Source of the DNA: an uncultured Neomegalonema sp.
GTDB lineage: Bacteria; Pseudomonadota; Alphaproteobacteria; Rhodobacterales; Rhodobacteraceae
DNA: 64,000 nt
Direction: 5' to 3'
Assembly: GCA_938008165.1 (NCBI GenBank)
Contig: CALLLP010000001.1
Coordinates: 67,585-131,584 of the forward strand
Position 1 is the stretch's first letter, and every line of letters starts with the position of its first letter. The position numbers were made by a program, and so were the translations under genes. A model generated the notes under the pieces. The model did no database searches, was not told where the DNA came from, and saw only the letters and a program-made list of their open reading frames with translations. This document shows positions 1-9,846 of this stretch, piece by piece.

Positions 1-414
1 ACTGGTAGGCACGCCGTCTTCGATGGCGCGGCGCTCCGCCTCATCCTTGAGGACGGTACGCGATTCCTTGACGGCCTCATAGGCGGGTTGCAGGTCGTCG
101 CGTCCATCGGCTACCGATGATTGATAAAACCACATCAGCGCCGAAAGCCGCGCACCACAAACACCCAGCGCGACATCGCCTTCATGGTGGCGCTTGCGCA
201 GCTTGTTCGCCCATTCCTCGCCGCTGGCGGTTGTCGCTTCTGTTGCGCCGTCATCCGCCTTGGCCTTTTCGGGCGCATCGTCATCGCCGGTTTCGGCGGT
301 CTCAACGGAAACCGGCTCCTTGGGGGTGTCTTCGGTTTCAGCATCGGAAGCCCCAAGAGCGGGCGTTGCGACGAGAGCCGTCGCCAGAAAGAGGCGTTTG
401 AGAAGGACGCTCAT
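1..414 (-). CDS. hypothetical secreted protein, N-terminal part only (gene continues past the left window edge)
   Basis: Not in the ORF track because no stop lies inside the window. The minus strand from ATG 414..412 reads MSVLLKRLFLATALVATPALGASDAETEDTPKEP...GVCGARLSALMWFYQSS... and stays open to base 1. It has a Sec-type signal peptide followed by an acidic linker. Confidence 0.55.
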   Translation of the reverse strand, partial: MSVLLKRLFLATALVATPALGASDAETEDTPKEPVSVETAETGDDDAPEKAKADDGATEATTASGEEWANKLRKRHHEGDVALGVCGARLSALMWFYQSSVADGRDDLQPAYEAVKESRTVLKDEAERRAIEDGVPTS

Positions 415-536
415 CGGATCACTCCATTGCACCTGTCGGGCAGGCGTATTCAGTCAGTGCAGTTTCTTTATCGTTCGCAAGCGCGTTTTGCACTCAAAAC
501 CCTTGAGAAATCTGCAATTGCGACACTCTGGCTGAC

Positions 537-1064
537 TTATTGGGCGGGAACGATCGGATCGAGGACAAGGGGCTGGGTCTCGTAGGGCTGTGCCAGTGGC
601 TGGGTCTGAACCGGGGGTGCCAATGTGGTGGAAGGCACCGGCAAACCGTTTGCAGGCGCGGCGTTGGGGGCCGATTGGTTGAATGCCCGCAATTCCGATT
701 TTGCCGAGGCCAGACAGCCGGTCGCGACCTTGACCAATTCGCGTTGGATCGACTGTCGTTCAATATCGGTCGTTGCCCTTAGGATACGGTTCGACATCAG
801 AGAGACGAAGGCAGTGGCGGCGCTTGCGATCTCATCATTCGGAAAGCGGGGCATTTCAGCAAAGAAATCGCGCCCTTGCTCCACTTCGCGGATACGGGCG
901 GAGTTGGGGGTGTTGGCGCGGCTCAGATATTGGCCCAGCATGTCGAGCGATCCAGCGCATACCCCGGCGGCATTCGCGCCTCGCGCCTTGATGCGCTCGA
1001 CCTTCTGGGCTTGCGCCGGAATGGCAATGAGAGCGCATAGGGTGGCGATAGCGATAATCCGCAT
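537..1064 (-). CDS. hypothetical secreted protein with Pro/Gln-rich C-terminal tail
   Basis: ORF 537..1133(-). Internal Met24 (1064) gives the signal peptide MRIIAIATLCALIAIPAQAQ. It shares a GVC(A/G)xxLxxLxxY segment with the gene at 1..414. Confidence 0.6.
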   Translation of the reverse strand: MRIIAIATLCALIAIPAQAQKVERIKARGANAAGVCAGSLDMLGQYLSRANTPNSARIREVEQGRDFFAEMPRFPNDEIASAATAFVSLMSNRILRATTDIERQSIQRELVKVATGCLASAKSELRAFNQSAPNAAPANGLPVPSTTLAPPVQTQPLAQPYETQPLVLDPIVPAQ

Positions 1065-1151
1065 GGAACATCCTCCGATTCGAGATGCGTGATAGTGGAT
1101 CGCCAATACGGCGAAAGAATGAGGAGCTGGCAAGGCCAGTCATGAGGAAAG

Positions 1152-1850
1152 TTACCCGCCGTCTTCCCCGGTCGATGCTTTGTACCAGTGGCACAGGTCG
1201 CTGACGGGGCATCGCTCGCATTGCGGGGCGCGGGCGGTGCAGATGCGCTTGCCGAACTGGATCAGCCAGAAATGTCCATCGCGCAAGGCCCAGTCCGGGC
1301 TTTGCTCGACGAGCGATTCGGCGGTCTTGGCTTCGGTCTTGCCACGGGCGAGGCCGAGACGGTTACAGACGCGGTGAACATGGGTATCCACGGCGATGAC
1401 ATCGCGCCCGAAAGTGAAACTCAGTACGATATCGGCGCATTTGCGGCCAATACCGGGCAGGCTCATCAATCCGGCGCGGGTATCGGGCACCACGCCGCCA
1501 TGGTCGCCGATCAGGGATTCGCAAAAGCGGCGGATATTGCGCGTTTTCATGTTGTACAGGCCACAGGGGCGAATGGCCGCCGTGATCTCGTCATCCCCAA
1601 GGTCGAGCATTGCTTGAGGTGTCTGGGCGAGGGCAAAGAGCGCTTGTGTTGCCGCCGCCGTATTCGCATCCCGGCTCTGGGCGGAAAGCATGCAGGAGAT
1701 ACAGGAGCGGAACGCGTCGGGCTGGCCTTTCGGTCCCTTCGCCGTGCCGGTTCGTCCGGGCATGGCCTCGGCCAGACGGCGATAGACGGTCTCGACATCC
1801 TGTGCGCTGAGAAGGGGGTCGGTCATCGGGTCAGAGATAGCGCGCCGCAC
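1152..1850 (-). CDS. nth: endonuclease III (DNA glycosylase/AP lyase)
   Basis: HhH-GPD type sequence (LPGIGRKCADIVL) and a C-terminal 4Fe-4S loop, CTARAPQCERCPVSDLC. An alternative start is Met9 at 1826. Confidence 0.85.
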   Translation of the reverse strand: MRRAISDPMTDPLLSAQDVETVYRRLAEAMPGRTGTAKGPKGQPDAFRSCISCMLSAQSRDANTAAATQALFALAQTPQAMLDLGDDEITAAIRPCGLYNMKTRNIRRFCESLIGDHGGVVPDTRAGLMSLPGIGRKCADIVLSFTFGRDVIAVDTHVHRVCNRLGLARGKTEAKTAESLVEQSPDWALRDGHFWLIQFGKRICTARAPQCERCPVSDLCHWYKASTGEDGG

Positions 1851-1865
1851 CCGGATCGGCCAGTA

Positions 1866-2690
1866 TCACGAAGCGGTGCGAACCGTGATCGTCTGTTCGG
1901 CATCGGACATCGCCTCGGTCGCCCGGTCGAATCGCAGATGGGCGAGACCGTATCCGTCGCGATTGCTGAGCAATGTTCCCGCCGGTTTGCCATCGGGGGC
2001 CGTCAGGGGGGTCGATGGCGGGGCGCTGCCGGTGAGGGTGACGGAGCGCAGGCCCTTGCGCAGCTCGGTCTTGAATTTCATGCGGGCAACGATTTCCTGC
2101 CCGACATAGCACCCCTTGCGAAAATCCACTCCGTTCAGGTGCTCAAACCCGGCTTCGAGGATGTAGCTGTCCCCGACCAGTAGGTCGATGGCGCTGTCGG
2201 GAATGCCGAGTTTCAGTCGGTGCAGGTCGTAATCGCCCGGCACGCTCTCCACCGGGACCGCAGAATAGGCGCGCCATCCGAGATCGGGATGCCGGGGGTC
2301 GCGCAGCCCATGGCCGCAATCTGTGCCCCAAAGGGCGGTCACGACCGCCTCCTCATGCGCAATCTGTACCGGGCGGCGCAGGCGGTACATCGTCAGCCGC
2401 TTGACCAGATCACCCGCGAGACCGCGCGCCACATCGAGTCGAAAGTCACCGTTCTCATCGCGCCAGACCAGAAAATCCGCGAGATATTTTCCCTGTGGCG
2501 TCAGCAAAGCCGCATAGATCAGAGCATCGGGGGCGGCGCGCGCCACGTCGTTCGTCACGAGCGATTGGAGAAAGTCTTCCTGCTCATGCGAATCGCCCGA
2601 GAGCGAGACAATGCTGCGCCCGGAAAGTTCTTCGGAATAGAGATCGCACCCGCTCGCCATGGTTGACCGCACCGTGTAGAGAGTGTCCAT
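1866..2690 (-). CDS. ygfZ: folate-binding tRNA-modification protein YgfZ (GcvT-like)
   Basis: 274 aa with the signature KGCYVGQEIVARMKF and a GcvT-like N-terminal region (EDFLQSLVTNDV). Confidence 0.75.
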   Translation of the reverse strand: MDTLYTVRSTMASGCDLYSEELSGRSIVSLSGDSHEQEDFLQSLVTNDVARAAPDALIYAALLTPQGKYLADFLVWRDENGDFRLDVARGLAGDLVKRLTMYRLRRPVQIAHEEAVVTALWGTDCGHGLRDPRHPDLGWRAYSAVPVESVPGDYDLHRLKLGIPDSAIDLLVGDSYILEAGFEHLNGVDFRKGCYVGQEIVARMKFKTELRKGLRSVTLTGSAPPSTPLTAPDGKPAGTLLSNRDGYGLAHLRFDRATEAMSDAEQTITVRTAS

Positions 2691-2713
2691 CGAAAGGACA
2701 GGAGATCGCGCCC

Positions 2714-4057
2714 ATGCCCACCGTATTCGACCTGATCGTCCGAAACGGCACCCTCGTCAACCACAATGGTATCGGCCCCGCCGATATCGGCGTTACGGAT
2801 GGCCGGATCGCTGCGCTGGGCGATCTGTCGACCCATGACGCCGCCGAAACCATAGACGCCACCGGCCTGACAATCCTGCCGGGGGTCATCGATAGCCAAG
2901 TGCATTTCCGCGAGCCGGGGATGGAGCATAAGGAAGACCTTGCTTCGGGCGCACGCGGCGCGGTGCTTGGTGGGGTCACGTCGGTCTTCGAGATGCCCAA
3001 TACCAAGCCCACCACGACCGATGCGGGTGCGCTGGCCGACAAGATCGACCGGGCGACCGGGCGCATGGCCTGCGACTTCGCCTTCTGGTTCGGGGCGACG
3101 GCGGAGAATGTCGAGGATCTGGCGGAGGCCGAGCGCCTGCCCGGTTCGGCGGGAATCAAGATGTTTATGGGGTCTTCGACCGGGGATTTGCTGGTCGATG
3201 AAAGTGAGCATGTGCGCCGGGTGCTGGAAAACGGCCATCGCCGGGTTGCGGTGCATTCGGAGGAAGAATCGCGCCTCAAGGAACGCGCGCATCTGCGGGT
3301 GGAGGGCGACCCATCCTCTCATCCGGTCTGGCGCGATCCGACGGCGGCGTATCTGTGCACCGATCGCCTGATTGCGCTGGCGAAGGCTGCGGGGCGGCGT
3401 ATCCATGTGTTGCATATCTCGACCGCCGATGAATTGCCCTTGCTCGCGGCGCATAAGGATTTGGTGACGGCGGAGGCGACGCCCCATCACCTGACGCTTT
3501 CATCCGACGATTATCGCACCCTTGGGACGCTGGTTCAGATGAACCCGCCCGTGCGCGACCGCGCGCATCAGTCGGCGATCTGGGATGCGATCCGCGATGG
3601 CACCATCGATGTTCTCGGATCGGATCACGCGCCACATACGCTGGAGGAAAAGGCCGTGCCTTACCCCGGCTCCCCCTCCGGGATGACGGGGGTTCAGACG
3701 CTGGTGCCAATCATGCTCGATCATGTGAATGCCGGGCGGCTGACGCTGGAGCGATTGGTGGATCTGACATCCCACGGCCCGAATCGCCTGTTCGGGATCG
3801 CGGGCAAGGGCCGGATCGCACTGGGCTATGACGCCGATTTCACCATTGTCGATCTGAAGGCGCGCCGGATCATCGAAAACGGCTGGATCGCCTCGAAAGC
3901 GGCATGGACCCCTTATGACGGGCGCGCTGTCACGGGCTGGCCCAAGGGAACCATCATCCGGGGCCACCGCGTCATGTGGGAAGACGAGATCATCGGGGCA
4001 CCGCAGGGCGCCCCCGTGCGCTTTATCGAGGGGTGCGTTGATCCGGTTTCGGGCTGA
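2714..4057 (+). CDS. pyrC: dihydroorotase-like cyclic amidohydrolase
   Basis: ORF 2495..4057, started at Met74 (MPTVFDLIVRNGTL). Amidohydrolase blocks present: DSQVHFREPG, AGIKMFMG, VAVHSEEE, HVLHIST, GSDHAPH. The first metal-ligand position reads Q, not H (see findings). Confidence 0.75.
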   Translation: MPTVFDLIVRNGTLVNHNGIGPADIGVTDGRIAALGDLSTHDAAETIDATGLTILPGVIDSQVHFREPGMEHKEDLASGARGAVLGGVTSVFEMPNTKPTTTDAGALADKIDRATGRMACDFAFWFGATAENVEDLAEAERLPGSAGIKMFMGSSTGDLLVDESEHVRRVLENGHRRVAVHSEEESRLKERAHLRVEGDPSSHPVWRDPTAAYLCTDRLIALAKAAGRRIHVLHISTADELPLLAAHKDLVTAEATPHHLTLSSDDYRTLGTLVQMNPPVRDRAHQSAIWDAIRDGTIDVLGSDHAPHTLEEKAVPYPGSPSGMTGVQTLVPIMLDHVNAGRLTLERLVDLTSHGPNRLFGIAGKGRIALGYDADFTIVDLKARRIIENGWIASKAAWTPYDGRAVTGWPKGTIIRGHRVMWEDEIIGAPQGAPVRFIEGCVDPVSG

Positions 4058-4142
4058 ATTGGCTTGTGAACCCCGTAGCAATCCCTATTCACCTAAGGCA
4101 AGGCTTCCACCTGTCTACATTGTCCAAGGAAAGATCTCGATC

Positions 4143-4553
4143 ATGACACGCACCAATATCTCGACCGGCGGCGCGCTGGAGGAACAATACGGCTATTCCC
4201 GTGCCGTGCGCATCGGTAATATCGTCAAGGTCAGCGGTACCTGCTCGACCGATGGCGAAGGCAATACCTATGGCGTCGGCGATGTGACGCAACAGGTCGC
4301 GCGCTGCTTTGAAATCATCGGATCGGCTCTGGAGGGCGCAGGCGCGACCCTCGGCGATATCGTGATCAACCGTATCTATCTGACCAATATCGACGATGCG
4401 GCAGCGGCGGGATCGGCCCATGGTGCAATCTTCGGCGAAGTGCGCCCCGCCTGTACCATGATGGCGGTCGGCGCGCTGGTGCGCTCCGATTTCCTCGTGG
4501 AGATCGAATGCGAAGCGGTCATCCCCGACGGCGCCGACGCCACGACGCATTGA
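4143..4553 (+). CDS. RidA/YjgF family protein (reactive enamine/imine deaminase family)
   Basis: ORF 3915..4553, started at Met77 (MTRTNISTGGALEEQYGYSRAVRIGNIVKVSGT). 136 aa, the typical RidA length and N-terminus. Confidence 0.75.
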   Translation: MTRTNISTGGALEEQYGYSRAVRIGNIVKVSGTCSTDGEGNTYGVGDVTQQVARCFEIIGSALEGAGATLGDIVINRIYLTNIDDAAAAGSAHGAIFGEVRPACTMMAVGALVRSDFLVEIECEAVIPDGADATTH

Positions 4554-4570
4554 TGAACAAGGGCTATGCC

Positions 4571-5329
4571 ATGAAAAAGATCGGCCTTCTGGGCGGCATG
4601 GCATGGCCCTCGACCATCGATTATTACCGTGCAATCTGTCAGGCAGCGAATGCACGGTTCTTGGAACAGGGGCACGGGTTACCACTGCCTGTACCGCCGA
4701 TAACCATCGACTCGGTCAATATTGCCGAGACGCGCGCCCTGCGTGGTATTGACGGTGAGGAGACCGGCTGGGAAGCCTACGATGCGATTTTACGCGGGGT
4801 TTTTGCCCGGTTAGAAGGCGCAGGCTGCGACATTGCCGCAATGGCGAGCAATACACCTCACGCTCGCCTTCATGCGATACGGGATGACATCGGCATTCCG
4901 GTTATCAGCATTCTCGATGAAGCTGCAAAAGCTGCCGCCGTTACCGGGATGAGCCGAGCGCTCGTACTCGGCACCAGTGTCACGATGCGCGGTACGCATT
5001 ACCCGGCGGCATTGCGGGCGCAGGGAATCGACGCCCTGCCAAGATTGCCTGATCCAGAAATCGACGCGATCCAGCGGTTGATCGATACCGAGTTTCATGC
5101 AGGTGCGACGGCGAAGGGCCGCGAGGTTCTGCTCGGCGCGTGCAAACGGTATGGTGGCGCGGAATCGGGTATCGTCGTTCTGCTTGCATGTACCGAATTA
5201 CCGCTCGCCTTCGAGGACAATCAGGACGATGTGGTCTTTCGCCGGGATGGATTTGTCTTCGTGAATACCGCTGCGGCGCATGTGCAGGGTATACTGGATG
5301 CGGCAATGGGAGACGACCGTGGCCGTTGA
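4571..5329 (+). CDS. aspartate/glutamate racemase superfamily protein
   Basis: MKKIGLLGGMAWPSTIDYYR N-terminus and the second catalytic block LLACTELP. The first block reads MASNTPH (Ser where Cys is expected). An upstream ATG at 4553 overlaps the ridA-family stop (TGATG). Confidence 0.7.
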   Translation: MKKIGLLGGMAWPSTIDYYRAICQAANARFLEQGHGLPLPVPPITIDSVNIAETRALRGIDGEETGWEAYDAILRGVFARLEGAGCDIAAMASNTPHARLHAIRDDIGIPVISILDEAAKAAAVTGMSRALVLGTSVTMRGTHYPAALRAQGIDALPRLPDPEIDAIQRLIDTEFHAGATAKGREVLLGACKRYGGAESGIVVLLACTELPLAFEDNQDDVVFRRDGFVFVNTAAAHVQGILDAAMGDDRGR

Positions 5330-6539
5330 GATAAACAGCCGCACAAGCATCGTCTTTGCCGAATTCATCGCGCTCATGGCCGCTTTGACCGCCATGGTCG
5401 CGATGTCGATTGATGTGATTCTGCCCGCTTTGGGCGATATCGGGCGTGATCTGGCGGCGGAAACCCCGAATGACCGTCAGCTAACGGTGACGATGTTTTT
5501 TCTGGGGCTGGCGGTTTCGCAGATCGTGTATGGGCCGCTATCGGACAGTTTCGGTCGGCGATTCGGCATTTTTCTCGGTCTGGGCATCTATCTGGTCGGC
5601 ACTATGCTGTGCCTGTTTTCCGAGACCCTGCCGATGTTGATCGCCGGGCGGATCATTCAGGGGGTCGGGGCGGCAGGGCCGCGAATCGTCGCCAATGCGA
5701 TCATCCGTGACCGCTATTCCGGGCGGCCCATGGCGCAAGTCAGTTCGCTGGTGATGATGGTGTTTATCGTCGTGCCCGTCTTTGCGCCATTGCTGGGGCA
5801 GGGCATCCTGACTTTTGCGCCATGGCGGGGAATCTTCTGGTTTCTGGCCTTTTTCTCGCTGCTCTGCTTTGTCTGGAGCGCCGTTCGGTTGGAGGAATCG
5901 TTGCCGCAGGAGGCGCGAAAGCCCTTTCGCCTGTCGCCCATTCTCGATGCGTTGCGGATTGTGTTTGGCAATCGCCTTGCGATGGGGTGCACCCTGTCGA
6001 TGGGATTCGTTTTTGCCGCGTTTCTCGGCTTCTTGAGTTCGTCGCAGCAGATTCTCGGCGAGGCGTATAATCTGGGCGCGTTATTCCCGATTACCTTTAG
6101 CGCGCTGGCGTTGGTCGTGGGCATCTCATCGGCGGCAAACGCCGCGCTGGTAATGCGCTTCGGGATGCAGCGGCTCTCGACCATTGGCATTGTCGCGATG
6201 GGTATCGCATCGTTGATCTATGCGCTGTGGTCCATGCTGGCGGGGATGCCTCCACTCTGGGCTGCGATCCTCTGGCTGGCTGTGTGCATCGGTGGAATCG
6301 GGATCATCTTCGGTAATCTCAACGCCATGGCGATGGAGCCGCTCGGCTCGGTAGCGGGGGTGGCGGCGGGGGCGATTGGATCGATCAGTTCGCTGATGTC
6401 CTCGATACTCGGCAGTGCCATCGCGCGCCATTATGACGGTAGCGCCTTGCCGATTGCGCTGGGCTTTCTGGGCTGTTCGATTCTGTCGCTTATCCTGCTG
6501 CGCTGGGCAACCAGAGACCGTGTGAGGCGGGTCCGGTGA
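5298..6539 (+). CDS. MFS transporter, Bcr/CflA drug-resistance type
   Basis: Hydrophobic multi-TM profile over about 400 aa, with MFS motif A-like GPLSDSFGRR. The start is uncertain (5280, 5298 or 5376). Confidence 0.75.
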   Translation: MRQWETTVAVEINSRTSIVFAEFIALMAALTAMVAMSIDVILPALGDIGRDLAAETPNDRQLTVTMFFLGLAVSQIVYGPLSDSFGRRFGIFLGLGIYLVGTMLCLFSETLPMLIAGRIIQGVGAAGPRIVANAIIRDRYSGRPMAQVSSLVMMVFIVVPVFAPLLGQGILTFAPWRGIFWFLAFFSLLCFVWSAVRLEESLPQEARKPFRLSPILDALRIVFGNRLAMGCTLSMGFVFAAFLGFLSSSQQILGEAYNLGALFPITFSALALVVGISSAANAALVMRFGMQRLSTIGIVAMGIASLIYALWSMLAGMPPLWAAILWLAVCIGGIGIIFGNLNAMAMEPLGSVAGVAAGAIGSISSLMSSILGSAIARHYDGSALPIALGFLGCSILSLILLRWATRDRVRRVR

Positions 6540-7219
6540 GCGCGCCTGTGTCCATCATCATCCCGACCCTGAACGCGGTACCCTCCATCGGTCCGACCCT
6601 TGCGGCGCTGGTGCCGGGGGTGGCGGATGGTCTGGTGCGCGAGGTGGTGCTGGCCGATGGCGGCTCGACCGATGCCATTGAGCAGGTCGCCGAAGAAACC
6701 GGCGCCCGCATGATCGAGGCGGAGCCGGGCCGGGGAAGCCAGCTTCGCGCGGGCGGTATGGCCGCGCGGGGCGACTGGCTGCTGTTCATGCACGCGGATA
6801 CGGTGCTACCGGCAGATTGGCCCGAGGCCGTTGCCCGGCATATTCAGCGCAATGCGGATCGCGCCGGATATTTCCGCCTGCATTTCGACAGCGAACGCCC
6901 CTATGCACGCTGGACCGAAGGATGGGCCAATATCCGCTCGCGGGTGCTGAAATTGCCCTATGGCGATCAGGGGCTTCTCGTTTCGCGGCGTGTCTATGAG
7001 GAAATCGGGGGCTTTCAGCCCATGCCCTTGATGGAAGACGTGGCCATCGCGCGGGCGTTGCGCGGGCGGATGCGGTGCCTTGGTCCCGCCGTCATCACCT
7101 CTGCCGAGCGCTATGAACGCGATGGGTACTGGCGGCGGGGGTGGCGCAACTGGGGGTGTCTTGGGCTTTACTTTATGGGCGTTTCGCCGGAAAAGATTGC
7201 ACAGATATATCGCAAGTAG
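6536..7219 (+). CDS. family 2 glycosyltransferase (TIGR04283-like)
   Basis: The GTG start overlaps the MFS stop. Blocks VSIIIPTLN, LADGGSTD, GRGSQLRAG and LLFMHADTVLP are typical of this GT2 subfamily as I recall it. Confidence 0.7.
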   Translation: MSAPVSIIIPTLNAVPSIGPTLAALVPGVADGLVREVVLADGGSTDAIEQVAEETGARMIEAEPGRGSQLRAGGMAARGDWLLFMHADTVLPADWPEAVARHIQRNADRAGYFRLHFDSERPYARWTEGWANIRSRVLKLPYGDQGLLVSRRVYEEIGGFQPMPLMEDVAIARALRGRMRCLGPAVITSAERYERDGYWRRGWRNWGCLGLYFMGVSPEKIAQIYRK

Positions 7220-7229
7220 GAGTCGTCCC

Positions 7230-8006
7230 ATGGCCCTCGATACAGAGACCGCCCTCCACGCCGCCGACCATAACGATCCCCATTGGCAGGCGCGCACCGA
7301 TCTTGCTGCCGCCTTTCGTTGGACCGCCCGTTATAACTGGCATGAAGCGGTTGCGAACCATTTCAGTCTCGCGGTCAACGAGGATGGCAGTCAGTTTCTG
7401 TGCAATCCCTGCAACCGGCATTTCAGCCTCGTGCGGGCATCGGAACTGTTGTTGATCGATGCGAATGACCCCGAGACGATGAACCGCCCCGATGCGCCGG
7501 ACCCGACAACTTGGGGCCTGCATGGCGCATTGCATCGCCGGGTGCCCCATGCCCGCTGTGCGATGCATGTTCATTCGAAATATGCGACCGTTCTCGCCTG
7601 TCTGGAGGATTCGGTCCTGCCGCCCATTGACCAGAATTCGGCTGTCTTTTTCAATCGTACGGTCGTTGACACGAATTACGGCGGGCTGGCCTTCGAGGAG
7701 GAGGGCGAGCGGTGCGCGGCCCTGTTCTCCGATCCGCGCTGTAAGGTGATGGTGATGGGCAATCACGGCATCATGATCATCGGCGAGACGGTGGCCGAAA
7801 CCTTCGACCGGCTCTATTACTTCGAGCGGGCGGCGGAAAACTACATCACCGCCCTGATGACCGGCCAGCCTTTGCGCCGTCTGTCGGATGCGGTGGCCGA
7901 AAAGGTCGCAGCGGGTATCGACGCATACCCCGTCGAGCAATCCGCCAACCATCTGAGCGAATTACGGGCGATTCTCGATCAGGAAGAATCGGATTACGCG
8001 ACGTAA
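7230..8006 (+). CDS. class II aldolase/adducin domain protein
   Basis: ORF 7080..8006, started at Met51. Blocks NHFSLAV, MHVHSKYATVLA and GNHGIMIIGETVAETFDRLYYFERA. Confidence 0.75.
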   Translation: MALDTETALHAADHNDPHWQARTDLAAAFRWTARYNWHEAVANHFSLAVNEDGSQFLCNPCNRHFSLVRASELLLIDANDPETMNRPDAPDPTTWGLHGALHRRVPHARCAMHVHSKYATVLACLEDSVLPPIDQNSAVFFNRTVVDTNYGGLAFEEEGERCAALFSDPRCKVMVMGNHGIMIIGETVAETFDRLYYFERAAENYITALMTGQPLRRLSDAVAEKVAAGIDAYPVEQSANHLSELRAILDQEESDYAT

Positions 8007-8008
8007 CG

Positions 8009-8608
8009 ATGACCAAAACACTCGTCATTTTCGTCAAGGAGCCTGTGCCGGGGCGCGTGAAGACGCGGCTGGGGCGGGATTTTGGCATGACCGCTTCGGC
8101 GCGGTGGTTTCGGCATCAGGCGCTCCGCCTTATCCGTATGATGGCGGGGGATGCGCGGTGGCGGACGGTTCTGGGCGTTGCGCCCGATGTCGCGGGCCTG
8201 CGCAGCCGGGTCTGGCCCGCGCATCTGCCCCGCTGGCCCCAAGGGCAAGGCGATCTCGGCGCGCGGATGGGGCGGGTGTTTCGCCGCTTTCCCCCCGGCC
8301 CGGTCGTGATTGTCGGAGCGGATATTCCGGGCATTACGCCTCAGCTGATCGACCGGGCCTTTCGCGCCCTGGGCGACCATGATGCCGTTTTTGGCCCGGC
8401 GGAGGATGGCGGCTACTGGCTCGTGGGCCTCAGGCGCAGCCACCAAACGCCCCCCGGTTTCATGCGCGGGGTGCGCTGGTCTACCGCAAGCACTTTCGCC
8501 GATACCGTCGCGACCTTGCCCGATGACTGGCGCATCGCCATGATCGATCCCTTGCCGGATATCGACACATTGGACGACTTGATCGCCCATGAAGCCGCAA
8601 TGCGATAA
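8009..8608 (+). CDS. DUF2064 (TIGR04282-like) putative glycosyltransferase
   Basis: N-terminus LVIFVKEPVPGRVKTRL, plus GADIPG and EDGGYWLVG blocks characteristic of DUF2064. Confidence 0.7.
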   Translation: MTKTLVIFVKEPVPGRVKTRLGRDFGMTASARWFRHQALRLIRMMAGDARWRTVLGVAPDVAGLRSRVWPAHLPRWPQGQGDLGARMGRVFRRFPPGPVVIVGADIPGITPQLIDRAFRALGDHDAVFGPAEDGGYWLVGLRRSHQTPPGFMRGVRWSTASTFADTVATLPDDWRIAMIDPLPDIDTLDDLIAHEAAMR

Positions 8609-8644
8609 ACTTCGCCCCTTGCGCGCCCCGCCCCCCTCGTCTAA

Positions 8645-9709
<1,065 letters not shown>

Positions 9710-9734
9710 TCGTTGAAGCGATGATCGTCGTTGA

Positions 9735-9759
9735 GGCCCGGCCATGCGCCGGGCCTTTT
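9735..9759 (+). terminator. rho-independent terminator after ilvC
   Basis: GGCCCGGC (9735..9742), loop CATGC, GCCGGGCC (9748..9755), followed by TTTT. Confidence 0.75.
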
Positions 9760-9846
9760 CGTGCCTGCATTGGCGCGCTTGTCAAGAAACGGCGACGACC
9801 CTACGGTAAACCGATATTTTCGCGAACGGCTCGGGCGGCATAACAC

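Noticed and set aside
1188-2183. 331-aa plus-strand ORF opposite nth and ygfZ
   Set aside because: It is antisense to two recognisable genes, has no motifs, and spans their intergenic gap, which a real gene would be unlikely to do.
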